Part shown: piece after piece, positions 1 to 9,658 of the stretch
Layout: each line of letters starts with the position of its first letter
How positions within the stretch are numbered: position 1 is the stretch's first letter
Position numbers and translations under genes: made by a program
DNA from: Alphaproteobacteria bacterium
Lineage (GTDB): Bacteria; Pseudomonadota; Alphaproteobacteria; SHVV01
Assembly: GCA_965261735.1 (NCBI GenBank)
Contig: OZ253470.1
Span: 4,096,001-4,160,000 of the forward strand
DNA length: 64,000 bases
Reading direction: 5' to 3'
The notes under the pieces: model-generated
Told to the model about the DNA's origin: nothing
What the model saw: only the letters and a program-made list of their open reading frames with translations
The model's database searches: none

Positions 1-666
1 AACGTGCTCGAGGCGTGCGTCGCGCAGGGTGTGCAGCGCCTAATCTACTCCTCGTCGGCCTCGGTCTACGGCGATGCGGTCGAGGAGCCGATGACCGAGG
101 ACCACCCCTTCACCAACACCAATTTTTATGGGGCCACCAAGATCGCCGGTGAGGCGATGGCGCGCGCCACCCATCACCGCTACGGCCTGCCCTATGTGGG
201 CTTGCGCTACATGAACGTCTACGGGCCGCGCCAGGATTATCGCGGGGCCTACATCACCGTGATCATGAAGATGCTCGATTCCGTCGACCGCGACGAGCCG
301 CTCGTCGTCTATGGCGACGGCCGCCAGGCCTACGACTTCGTAGCGGTGGGCGATTGCGCGGCGGCCAACCTGTGCGCCATGAAAGCCGAGGTCAACGACC
401 GCTTCTACAACGTCGGCACCGGAAAGCGTACGTCGATCCGCGAAATCGCCGACCTGATCGTGGGCCTCACGGGCGGTAATCGCGGCATCGTCTACGAGCC
501 GGCAGGGCCGACGTTCGTGAAGAACCGGGTCGGAAGCACCGCGCGGGCCGAGGCGGAGATCGATTTCTCCGCGACGGTCGACCTCGTGCAGGGCTTGCAG
601 GACCTCATCGACTGGCGAGGCGCGCACAAGGGGGAGCTCGCCCGTCGGCGGGCGGCGGCATCGTAG
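1..666 (+). CDS. NAD-dependent nucleotide-sugar epimerase/dehydratase (5' partial)
   Basis: SDR motifs SSSASVYG, catalytic YGATK (YxxxK), LRYMNVYGPRQ, YNVGTG; runs off the window start. Confidence 0.9.
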   Translation, partial: NVLEACVAQGVQRLIYSSSASVYGDAVEEPMTEDHPFTNTNFYGATKIAGEAMARATHHRYGLPYVGLRYMNVYGPRQDYRGAYITVIMKMLDSVDRDEPLVVYGDGRQAYDFVAVGDCAAANLCAMKAEVNDRFYNVGTGKRTSIREIADLIVGLTGGNRGIVYEPAGPTFVKNRVGSTARAEAEIDFSATVDLVQGLQDLIDWRGAHKGELARRRAAAS

Positions 667-1811
667 GCGCTGAGCGTACCATCGCCATCGCGGCGCCCAG
701 CGTCGGTGACGAAGAGTGGCATGCGGTCCGCGAACCCCTCGCGTCGGGCTGGCTCACGCAGGGACCCAAGGTGGCGGCCTTCGAGGAAGCCTTTGCCGCG
801 CGCCACGGCGTTGCCCATGCGCTCGCCGTCACCTCCTGTACGGCCGGGCTCCACCTCGGGCTCGCCGCCCTCGGCGTCGGCCCGGGCGACGAGGTGATCG
901 TGCCCGCGTTCACTTGGGTGGCGACCGCCAACGCCGTTCTCTACTGCGGCGCGACGCCTGTGTTCGCCGACGTCGACCGCACGACCTTCAACATCGAGGC
1001 CTCGGCCGTTGCGGGCACGGTGAGCCCGCGCACCCGGGCGATCGTTCCGGTCCATCTCTTCGGGCTCTGCGCCGACATCGACGCCATCCGCGCTGCGCTG
1101 CCCGATGGGGTCGCTATCGTCGAGGACGCGGCCTGTGCCGCCGGCGCGCGCGCGGGCCAGGCGGCGGCCGGGAGCCTCGGCGCCGCCGCCGCATTCTCGT
1201 TTCACCCGCGCAAATCGATCACCACCGGCGAGGGCGGCATGGTGACGACGAACGACGCTGACGTCGCGGCGCGGGTGCGCCGCCTGCGTGACCACGGGAC
1301 ATCGATCTCCGACGCCGCGCGCCACGAAGGACCTCGACCCTACCTCATGCCCGATGTCGACGAGCTCGGCTTCAACTACCGCATGACGGATGTGCAGGCG
1401 GCGATCGGGCTCGTCCAGCTCGGCAAGCTCGACCGCTTCATCGCCGAGCGCCAGCGCTGGGCCGAGTTCTATGAGGCCGAGCTAGCGGGTGTCGAATGGC
1501 TGCGCACGCCGCAGCCCCCAGCCGACGGCCAGCACGCCTGGCAGGCTTATGTGACCTACGTCGATCCGGCTACAGCGCCGCTGGCGCGCAACGAGGTCAT
1601 GGACCGCCTACAGGCCCGCGGCATCGCCACCCGGCCGGGCACCCACGCGGTTCACATGCTGGGCTATTATCGCGACCGGTTCGGACTCGCGTCCCAGGCC
1701 TATCCGGCGGCCCGCGACTGCGAGCACAATTCGATGGCCATTCCGCTCCACAATCGCATGAGCGCCGAGGACTACGCTTATGTCGTCGACTGCATCAGAC
1801 AAATCGCCTGA
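663..1811 (+). CDS. DegT/DnrJ/EryC1/StrS PLP-dependent sugar aminotransferase (start uncertain; first canonical start 771)
   Basis: EDAAC, FSFHPRKSITTGEGG (PLP Lys), GFNYRM; conserved N-terminus IAIAAPSVG...SGWLTQGPK is in frame upstream of 771. Confidence 0.9.
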   Translation, partial: VGAERTIAIAAPSVGDEEWHAVREPLASGWLTQGPKVAAFEEAFAARHGVAHALAVTSCTAGLHLGLAALGVGPGDEVIVPAFTWVATANAVLYCGATPVFADVDRTTFNIEASAVAGTVSPRTRAIVPVHLFGLCADIDAIRAALPDGVAIVEDAACAAGARAGQAAAGSLGAAAAFSFHPRKSITTGEGGMVTTNDADVAARVRRLRDHGTSISDAARHEGPRPYLMPDVDELGFNYRMTDVQAAIGLVQLGKLDRFIAERQRWAEFYEAELAGVEWLRTPQPPADGQHAWQAYVTYVDPATAPLARNEVMDRLQARGIATRPGTHAVHMLGYYRDRFGLASQAYPAARDCEHNSMAIPLHNRMSAEDYAYVVDCIRQIA

Positions 1812-2832
1812 GCGCGGCATCGCGGGTACGCCGCCCTGGTTGGCGACGTTGCTCGGGATCGACGCACCCACGGAGGACGAGACGGTAAGCCTTGCCGGAC
1901 GCGCGTTCGTCCAGCGCGACGGTATGTTGCGCAGCTGCGAACTGGCGTCGTCGACCCAGCAGCAGACGGCCGATGCCTTCGCCATGAAGTGGCACCGGCG
2001 CGACACCTTCGAGTCGGCGGCCTCGCTCGCGCGGGCGCGCGCGTGGCTGGTGGCACGCTACGGCGACATGGGCGAGGCTGTGTGACTCCGTGAGCCCGGC
2101 GAGCCGCCCCTGCTACTCGACGCCGGCTGTGGCGCCGCCATGTCCGCGATCGAGCTGTTCGGCGACCTGCTCCAACGGGTTCGCTACCTGGGTGTCGACA
2201 TCTCCGGCGCGGTCGACGTGGCCCGCACGCGCGTCGGCGAGCGCGTGAACGACGCCGCCTTCATGCAGGCGGACATCGCCAACTTGCCGCTGCCCGAACA
2301 ATCCGTGGACGTTATTTTCTCCGAGGGCGTCCTTCATCACGCCGATTCGCCGGCCGACGCCTTTGCGGCCCTGGCGCGGCTGCTCAAGCCCGGCGGGCGC
2401 TTCATGCTTTACGTCTATCGGCGCAAGGGCCCGATCCGCGAGTTCAGCGACGACTATGTTCGTGAGCGGCTCCAAGGCATGACCCCCGAGGAGGCGTGGC
2501 AGGCCCTCATGCCCCTGTCGCGGCTGGGCCAGGCGCTCGGCGACCTCGATGTCGATGTCGTGGTCCCGGAGGCGATCGATCTGCTCGGTATCCCGGCCGG
2601 CAGGACAAGCGTACAGCGCCTCTTTTATTGGCATGTTTTCAAGGCCTTTCACGATCCCGCTCTGACGTTGGACGAACTCAACCACATCAACTACGACTGG
2701 TACGCGCCGAAGAACGCACACCGCCAGACCCCCGAACAGGTGCGCGCGTGGTGCGCGGACTCGAACCTGGAGGTCGAGCGCGAGGTCGTCGAGAGCGCCG
2801 GCATCACCATCATCGCCTGCAAGCGCGCCTGA
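1780..2832 (+). pseudogene. Class I SAM-dependent methyltransferase interrupted by an in-frame TGA at 2083-2085
   Basis: ORFs 1780-2085 and 2140-2832 share a frame; motif I LLLDAGCG lies between the TGA and Met 2140; GVDIS, ADIANLP and EGVLHH follow. Confidence 0.75.
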
Positions 2833-2837
2833 GCCGG

Positions 2838-4730
2838 ATGTGCGGCGTCGCCGGCTTGCTCAACCTCGACGGCGCGCCGGCTGCGCCGGTGATCGTGCGA
2901 CGCATGACCGCGGCTCTCGCGCATCGCGGCCCGGACGGCGAGGGGTTTTACACCGAGGGTTCGTTCGGCCTCGGCCACAGGCGCCTTGCGATCATCGATC
3001 TTACGGCCGCCGGCCACCAGCCGATGCAGACGCCGGACGGCCGTTACGTCCTCAGCTACAACGGTGAGGTCTACAATTTTCAGGGCCTGCGACTGGAGCT
3101 GGAGGCGCGCGGCCACACCTTCCGCTCGCGCACCGACGCCGAGGTCGTGCTTCACGCCCTCGCCGAGTGGGGCCAGGCGGCGCTCGCGCGCTTCAACGGC
3201 ATGTTCGCGTTCGCGCTATGGGACAACGAGACGCGCGAACTCCTGCTCGCGCGCGACCGCTATGGGATCAAGCCGTTGTACTACAGTCAGGTCGGTGCGG
3301 CGTTTCTGTTCGCCTCCGAGATCAAGGCCATGCTCGCCCACCCCGCGTTTGCGCCAGCGATCGATCCGAAGGCGTTGCTCGAATACTTCACCTTCCAGAA
3401 CTTCTTCGACGACCGCACCCTCTTCGACGGCGTGCGCCTGCTGCCGGCCGGATGCCTACTCAGGCTTCGCGCCGGTGCCGAGCCGCGCATCGAGCGCCAC
3501 TGGGATTTCGACTTCGCCGAGCCCGAAAACGCGGCCGCGACGGCCGACTACGATGACGAACTCGATCACTTGTTCCGGCAAGCCGTGGCCCGGCAGCTGA
3601 TTAGCGACGTGCCCGTGAGCAGCTATCTCTCGGGCGGCATGGATTCGGGCTCGATCACGGCCCACGCCGCAGAGGCGATCCCCTATCTCCGGACCTTCAC
3701 GGTCGGCTTCGATCTACACTCGGCCTCGGGCCTGGAGCTCGCGTTCGACGAGCGCGCCCGCGCCGAGCACATGTCGTATCTGTTCAAGACCGAGCACTAC
3801 GAGATGGTTCTCAAGGCCGGCGACATGGAGCGGGCCATGCCCAAGCTCGTGTGGCACCTCGAGGAGCCGCGGGTCGGCCAGAGCTATCCCAATTTCTACG
3901 CCGCGCAGCTCGCCGGCCGCTTCGGCAAGGTGGTCCTCGCCGGTACTGGCGGCGACGAGCTGTTTGGCGGCTATCCGTGGCGCTACTATCGCGCCGTCGT
4001 CAACGACGATTTCGAGAACTATGTCGACAAGTACTACGCCTTCTGGCAGCGCCTCATCGCCAACAGCACCGTCAGCCAAGTGTTTCAGCCGATCCGCGAC
4101 GAGGTTGCGGACGTATGGACGCGGGACATCTTCCGCGACGTCTTTTCGCACCACCACGCGGCGCTGACCAGGCCCGAGGACTACATCAACCATTCGCTCT
4201 ATTTCGAGGCCAAGACGTTCCTGCATGGCCTGCTAGTGGTCGAGGACAAGCTCTCGATGGCGCATGGGCTGGAAACGCGGGTGCCCTTCCTCGACAATGA
4301 TCTCGTTGACTTCGCCCAGCGCGTCCCGGTGGGCCTGAAGCTCGGCAATCTCGGCGAGGTGGTGCGGCTCAACGAGAACGAACCTGGCCACAAGACGCGC
4401 AAGTTCTTCGAGCGCACGCGCGACGGCAAGTTGATCCTGCGCCGCGCCATGGCGCGCAACATCCCCGAGGAGGTGACGCAGCGAGAAAAGCAGGGCTTCT
4501 CCGCGCCCGATGCCTCATGGTTTCGCGGCGAGAGCATCGACTACGTCCGTGCGATGCTGTTCGACGACCGCGCGATGCTGTTCGATTTCCTCGACCGCAA
4601 GACCGTACGCGCGCTGGTCGAGGACCATCTGAGCGGACGCGAGAACCGGCGCCTGTTCCTGTGGTCGCTGCTCTATCTCGAGGTGTGGTGCCGGACGTTC
4701 CTCGCCGGCCAGGGGAGGGACGTGGCATGA
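2838..4730 (+). CDS. asnB: Asparagine synthase-like class II glutamine amidotransferase (glycan amidation)
   Basis: N-terminal MCG at 2838, HRGPD, NGEVYN, RDRYGIKPL, LSGGMDS, GGDELFGGY. Confidence 0.92.
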   Translation: MCGVAGLLNLDGAPAAPVIVRRMTAALAHRGPDGEGFYTEGSFGLGHRRLAIIDLTAAGHQPMQTPDGRYVLSYNGEVYNFQGLRLELEARGHTFRSRTDAEVVLHALAEWGQAALARFNGMFAFALWDNETRELLLARDRYGIKPLYYSQVGAAFLFASEIKAMLAHPAFAPAIDPKALLEYFTFQNFFDDRTLFDGVRLLPAGCLLRLRAGAEPRIERHWDFDFAEPENAAATADYDDELDHLFRQAVARQLISDVPVSSYLSGGMDSGSITAHAAEAIPYLRTFTVGFDLHSASGLELAFDERARAEHMSYLFKTEHYEMVLKAGDMERAMPKLVWHLEEPRVGQSYPNFYAAQLAGRFGKVVLAGTGGDELFGGYPWRYYRAVVNDDFENYVDKYYAFWQRLIANSTVSQVFQPIRDEVADVWTRDIFRDVFSHHHAALTRPEDYINHSLYFEAKTFLHGLLVVEDKLSMAHGLETRVPFLDNDLVDFAQRVPVGLKLGNLGEVVRLNENEPGHKTRKFFERTRDGKLILRRAMARNIPEEVTQREKQGFSAPDASWFRGESIDYVRAMLFDDRAMLFDFLDRKTVRALVEDHLSGRENRRLFLWSLLYLEVWCRTFLAGQGRDVA

Positions 4731-5284
4731 CCGTGGACGAGCTGGCCGATTTGCTGCGCGCCCTGCACGCGCGCCAGGATGGCTTGAACGCCAAGCGCTT
4801 CGACCGCCACCTGCCCTTCGCCGACGGCCTCTTCGACCGCTGGGAGCGGGCGCGCGCCCTCGGCTTTGGCGAGGACGCCAGCATCTACGACAGCAGCCTC
4901 GTGTATGGCTCGGTCAGCGTCGGGGAGGGGACCTGGATTGGGCCGTATACCCTGCTCGACGGGAGCGGCGGCGGCCTCGCCATCGGCGCCTTCTGCTCGA
5001 TCTCCGCCGGCGTTCAGATCTACACCCATGACACCGTCAGACGGGCGCTTTCGGGCGGGCGCGAAGAGCGCCGCGCGGCCCCCGTTCAGGTCGGTGACTG
5101 TACCTATATCGGCAGCCAATCGATCGTTGGTGCCGGCAGCGACATCGGGGATCATTGCGTGGTTGCCGCGAACAGCTTCGTCAATGGCCCGGTTTCGCCG
5201 TCGACGATCGTCGGTGGCTCGCCGGCCCGCCCCTTGGGCCGGGTCATGATCGACGGCGAACGGATCGAGCTGGTATATGACTGA
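4727..5284 (+). CDS. Hexapeptide-repeat (LbetaH) acyltransferase
   Basis: IGAFCSISAGVQIYTH, VGDCTYIG, IVGGSPARP; ATGA overlap with asnB. Confidence 0.85.
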   Translation: MTVDELADLLRALHARQDGLNAKRFDRHLPFADGLFDRWERARALGFGEDASIYDSSLVYGSVSVGEGTWIGPYTLLDGSGGGLAIGAFCSISAGVQIYTHDTVRRALSGGREERRAAPVQVGDCTYIGSQSIVGAGSDIGDHCVVAANSFVNGPVSPSTIVGGSPARPLGRVMIDGERIELVYD

Positions 5285-6707
5285 AGCCGTCAGGAACCTG
5301 CGGCGGGGGACACGCGCGCGCATGGCTTCAACAAATACCGCGCAAACCGCCAGTCGCGCCTTTCAAATAGTTTGTAAGATTGTCGACATTGTTGCGTCCC
5401 TGCTGCTCGGCATTCTGTTCATGATCGTCTACGCGGTGCTGTTCGTGACGGTGCGGCAGCGCAACGCGTCGCCGAAGCAGACTCTCGTGTGCCTGACCTG
5501 CATCGATGCCGCCACCTTCATCTCGAGAAGCTCTCGCGACTACGCCAATTCCTACTATCGCAAGCCACTCACCGACTACAGCGTCGGCCTCTTCGTGGGC
5601 GCCGAGAGGAGCCGCGTAGTGCGGCTGAACCGGCGCGTCGTCGGCTTGGACATCAGGGGGTTGCCGACGGGGAACCTCGCGCGGTATCTGCCCTTCTTCA
5701 ACAAGCTCCTGAGGGAGATGGTGGCCCTGCCGATCGCGCTGCGCATGCTGCGGCGCCTTCGCCCTGCGATCCTCGAGATCATCGTGCCTGGCCCCGACGC
5801 GTTTCGCGGTCTCCTGCTGCGCGGGCTCTTCCGCGCGAAGCTAATGGCGCGCGCGCAGGGCAATCTCGATATCATCAACTTCCTGCGCGGGCACGCGAGC
5901 ATCGTGCGCTCCAGCAACAGGCTGATCCGGGTTCCGGCGGTCGTCCTCGACAAGATCTTCTATCAGCTCTTCTATCGCGTCTGCGATCTGGTCGTGGGCT
6001 ACAACGCCAACAACCTGGAAAACGCGATCGCCAATGGCGCGCACCCCCGCAAGTCGCGGCTGACGAGAATCAAGATCGACCCCAAGGTCCTCAGCGCGGC
6101 ACCTATTGCGCGCGCCAAACTGGCCGACTTTCCCGAGCAGGGTAGGGTTCTGCTGCTGTGGTCCCGGCTGAGCTCCGAAAAGGGGCTCGTGGAGGCGGTC
6201 GACGGTGTCGCCAAGGTTCTCGCCCGCAACCAGGACACGTCCATGGTGATCGTCGGCGACGGCCCCTTCAGGCCCGAGGTCGAGGCGGCGGTCCGGCGCA
6301 CCGGCCTCGAGGGCCGCTTCGTCGTGGCGGGCTGGCGCGACCACCGCTACATCGCCTCGGCGGCGCGGCATGCGGACGTCGCGATCATTCCTTATGGCGG
6401 GGCGGCGCTCGTCGAGGCGGCGATGCTCGAGCGGCCCATCGTCGCCTTCGACATCGAATGGCACCGCGAGCTGATCCGTCCGGGCGAGACCGGTTATCTG
6501 GCGGATTTCCCCGATTCCGAGCATCTCGCGGCCAAGATCGGCGAGGCCCTCGATGATCCGGCCGGCGCCCGGCGTCTCGCCCGCGCCTGCCGCAAGCTGG
6601 CGAAGCGGATGTTCGACGAGTCGGCGATCGTCGCCCACGAAACGCGTTTGATGGCACAGCTTCTGGAATTGCCGACGCCCGAAGGCCCGCCTGGCGGCGC
6701 CGCCTGA
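5277..6707 (+). CDS. GT4-family glycosyltransferase with N-terminal membrane anchor
   Basis: SRLSSEKG, IVGDGP, EAAMLERPIVAFD, GETGYL (GT-B C-terminal domain). Confidence 0.8.
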   Translation: MTEAVRNLRRGTRARMASTNTAQTASRAFQIVCKIVDIVASLLLGILFMIVYAVLFVTVRQRNASPKQTLVCLTCIDAATFISRSSRDYANSYYRKPLTDYSVGLFVGAERSRVVRLNRRVVGLDIRGLPTGNLARYLPFFNKLLREMVALPIALRMLRRLRPAILEIIVPGPDAFRGLLLRGLFRAKLMARAQGNLDIINFLRGHASIVRSSNRLIRVPAVVLDKIFYQLFYRVCDLVVGYNANNLENAIANGAHPRKSRLTRIKIDPKVLSAAPIARAKLADFPEQGRVLLLWSRLSSEKGLVEAVDGVAKVLARNQDTSMVIVGDGPFRPEVEAAVRRTGLEGRFVVAGWRDHRYIASAARHADVAIIPYGGAALVEAAMLERPIVAFDIEWHRELIRPGETGYLADFPDSEHLAAKIGEALDDPAGARRLARACRKLAKRMFDESAIVAHETRLMAQLLELPTPEGPPGGAA

Positions 6708-6709
6708 CG

Positions 6710-8437
6710 ATGCCGAGTACGCTTTCGGTCTATCGCCACGCCGTATCCGCGCGGCTGCCCTATTTCACTCTGATCGTCCTATTGGCTGGTGTGTCGACCC
6801 TGCTCGAGGGCGGTGCGCTGATACTCCTCATTCCACTCATCCAGCTCAGCATGTCGGGAACGTTTGGCGCCGACACGAACCTGGCCGTCCGGGTTTTCGT
6901 CGCCGTCCTCACGGAGTTCCGCGTCCCGCTGACGATTCCGGCTCTGCTCGCGGCGTTCGCCGGGTTCACGGTCACATCGGTGGTGCTGACCTGGGTCGCC
7001 AACACAGCCATCCATAGGCTGATCGCCGCCACCGATGCGCACATGCGACGGACGCTATTCTCGGCGACGATGGGCATGGACTGGCCGGCTCTCGCCCGCG
7101 AAAAGATCGGCGATCTCGTCAAGGCGCTCAACAGCGACCCGGTTCAGGCCGGGATCGGCTTGTTCAACCTGATGATGGCGACGACGGCGGCGATTTCAGG
7201 CCTCGTGTACATCATCCTCGCACTGCTGCTGTCTTGGCCTCTCGCGGCGCTCACCGGCGCCTTTGGGCTCATCGTCTACCCGGTCTATATCGCGCAGATC
7301 CGGCGCGGCCGAAGAGCCAGTACCGAGACCAGCAACATCGAGGCGCGGGTGATCGGCGACAGCACGGAATTACTGAGCAACGCCAAACTGTTGTTCAGTC
7401 AGGGCCTGCGAGACTTGGTGGCGCGGCGCTTCCACGAGCGCGTGGCGGCTTACCAGCGCTCCCGTTTCAGGCAGGACGTGCAGGTCGAGCATTCGCGCCT
7501 CGCCTTCGAGCTCATGGCCATTCTCTTCGTCGTCGGCTTCCTCTTCCTCGTGCTCAAGGTCTTCGACCTGCCGATCAGCACCGGGCTCGTCTTTCTCGCC
7601 GTGTTCTATCGTCTGGCGCCGAAGATGGTGACCCTTCAGGGCTGCCTCTTCCGCGCCAGCAACCACGGCGTATGGGTGCGCAACTGGATCGAGCGCACGG
7701 CCGCCTACGAGGCCGCGGCGGCACGGCCTTGGGGTACGCGCGACCCCGTCTTCGACACCGCTCTCGAGCTCAGGTCGGTGAGCTTCCGCTATCCCACGCG
7801 TCGCCTCCTCGCCGTCCACGAGGTAACCCTTCGTCTCGCGCCCGGCGAGGCCATTGCCATTGTCGGGCCGTCCGGCCATGGCAAGAGCACGCTCGTCGAT
7901 CTCGTGACAGGTCTGCTGGTGCCCGATACGGGGGAGCTACGGCTCGACGGCGTCGCGTTCCCCGACCTCGACATAGCGCGCTGGCAAGCAAACATCGGCC
8001 TCGTGCTCCAGGAAGCACCGATGTTCCACGGCACTGTGGGTGAAAACATCGCGCTCTTTAGCGATCGCCCGCTCGACATGCCGCGCGCCCGCGAGGCGGC
8101 GGCTCAGGCCGATGCCCTCGCCTTCGTCGACGCGCTGCCCGACGGTTTCGACACGGTCATCGGTGAGCGCGGCGTTCAACTCTCGGGCGGGCAGCGCCAG
8201 CGCATCGCCCTGGCGCGCGCCCTCTACCGCCGGCCGCGCCTGCTGATCCTCGACGAGGCGACGAGTGCGCTCGACGCCGATACCGCGCGCCGCGTCGTCG
8301 CCAGCCTGCGTGCCCTCAAGGGCGACACGGCTATCGTCGTTGCGAGCCATGACGAGACCTTGCTCGCGCTTGCCGATCGCAGGTATCGGATGCGGGCGGG
8401 GCAGCTCGTAGACATGGACGCCCTGGCTGCATCGTGA
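6710..8437 (+). CDS. ABC exporter, fused TMD+ATPase (MsbA/PglK-like glycolipid flippase)
   Basis: Several TM segments, Walker A GPSGHGKS, LSGGQRQR, Walker B LILDEATSALD. Confidence 0.9.
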   Translation: MPSTLSVYRHAVSARLPYFTLIVLLAGVSTLLEGGALILLIPLIQLSMSGTFGADTNLAVRVFVAVLTEFRVPLTIPALLAAFAGFTVTSVVLTWVANTAIHRLIAATDAHMRRTLFSATMGMDWPALAREKIGDLVKALNSDPVQAGIGLFNLMMATTAAISGLVYIILALLLSWPLAALTGAFGLIVYPVYIAQIRRGRRASTETSNIEARVIGDSTELLSNAKLLFSQGLRDLVARRFHERVAAYQRSRFRQDVQVEHSRLAFELMAILFVVGFLFLVLKVFDLPISTGLVFLAVFYRLAPKMVTLQGCLFRASNHGVWVRNWIERTAAYEAAAARPWGTRDPVFDTALELRSVSFRYPTRRLLAVHEVTLRLAPGEAIAIVGPSGHGKSTLVDLVTGLLVPDTGELRLDGVAFPDLDIARWQANIGLVLQEAPMFHGTVGENIALFSDRPLDMPRAREAAAQADALAFVDALPDGFDTVIGERGVQLSGGQRQRIALARALYRRPRLLILDEATSALDADTARRVVASLRALKGDTAIVVASHDETLLALADRRYRMRAGQLVDMDALAAS

Positions 8438-9642
8438 GGGCGGCAGGGCTAGCGGGCCGCCTGCACTCGGGCCACGTTCTCGGCGCCGCGGCGTTCGCGT
8501 TCGTCCCCTTGGCGGTGATCTCGCCCAAGGGCGAGGTCGTGCTGCTGGCGCTGGCCGCGGTGCCGCTACTGGTGCATGCGGCGACGGCGCGCTCATTGAA
8601 GGCGACGCTGCGCACGCCGCTGGCCGCCATCCTTGCCGCGCTGCTGGCGTGGAGCCTGGCGAGCGCCGCCTGGTCGATCGCCCCACTCGAATCCCTAAAC
8701 CTGTGGAAATCGCTGGTGATGATCGCGCTCGCCGCTGTGATTTTCATCACCGCGGCCCGCGCGCTGTCGGCCGAGCGCGCGGGCGCCTTCGAGACGATGG
8801 CGCCGGCCGGCCTGTTTCTCGGTCTCGCGCTGCTCGCGCTCGAGCTCGTAGGCGACCTGGTTCTCAGCCGGGCGGTGCGCGGCCTCGCGTCGGGAGATCC
8901 AGCGCTTCTGCCGGCCATCCTCAATGCCGGTATCAGCGTCGCGGTTCTTTTTCTGTGGCCGGCGCTCCTGATGCTCTGGCGGCGTGGGTGGCGATGGGTT
9001 TGCCTCGCCACCGTACTCGCCACCGTGTCGGTGGTCCTGTCTGGCGAGAGTGCGGCGGCGCAGCTCGTTCTCGTCTTGAGCGGCCTCGTTTTCGCGGTCG
9101 TTCTGTGGGCTGGCTCGCGCGCGACCTGGGTCCTGGCCGTGGTGGTCGCTGTAGGCGTCGCTACGGTCCCCCTGCTGCCCCAAACCGTTCTTGCAACAGG
9201 GCGCGTGCTCGCGGCCTTTCCGGACCTCGGGGCGTCGGGCATCCATCGTCTCGTCGTTTGGGACTTCGCGGCACGGCGCATCGCGGAGCGGCCGCTGACG
9301 GGCTGGGGGTTGCACGCCTCACGGTTGGTGCCTGTGGGACCTGAGTTGCTCAGGGAGCACGCCGAGCTCATGCCCCTTCATCCTCACAGCGCGCCGCTCC
9401 AGGCCTGGCTCGAGCTCGGCTTCCCCGGCGCCGCCGCTTTCGCGGCGCTCGTCGTGTTGGCGCTGGCCGGCGCGGCCCGGCTCGACCGAGTCGCGCAGGC
9501 GACCGCGGCCGCAGTCACCGCCGCGGCGCTCGGGTTTGCGTCGCTGTCATTCGGGATGTGGCAAAATTGGTGGTTGGCCACCCTCGTGCTCGCGGCCGCC
9601 TTCACCGCTGCGGCGACTGTAAGTGATCGCGCCGCGCGCTGA
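8434..9642 (+). CDS. O-antigen ligase / Wzy_C-domain membrane protein
   Basis: Polytopic; HRLVVW, RPLTGWG and HPHSAPLQAWLELG motifs of WaaL/Wzy_C. Confidence 0.85.
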   Translation: MRAAGLAGRLHSGHVLGAAAFAFVPLAVISPKGEVVLLALAAVPLLVHAATARSLKATLRTPLAAILAALLAWSLASAAWSIAPLESLNLWKSLVMIALAAVIFITAARALSAERAGAFETMAPAGLFLGLALLALELVGDLVLSRAVRGLASGDPALLPAILNAGISVAVLFLWPALLMLWRRGWRWVCLATVLATVSVVLSGESAAAQLVLVLSGLVFAVVLWAGSRATWVLAVVVAVGVATVPLLPQTVLATGRVLAAFPDLGASGIHRLVVWDFAARRIAERPLTGWGLHASRLVPVGPELLREHAELMPLHPHSAPLQAWLELGFPGAAAFAALVVLALAGAARLDRVAQATAAAVTAAALGFASLSFGMWQNWWLATLVLAAAFTAAATVSDRAAR

Positions 9643-9658
9643 TCCCCAGGGCCGACGG

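Noticed and set aside
2083-2140. Selenocysteine recoding of the methyltransferase TGA
   Set aside because: No convincing SECIS hairpin follows and no catalytic Cys is expected here; a Trp codon mutation is simpler
2496-2837. N-terminal extension of asnB in the ORF track
   Set aside because: It overlaps the methyltransferase, and class II amidotransferases need Cys at position 2 (ATG 2838)
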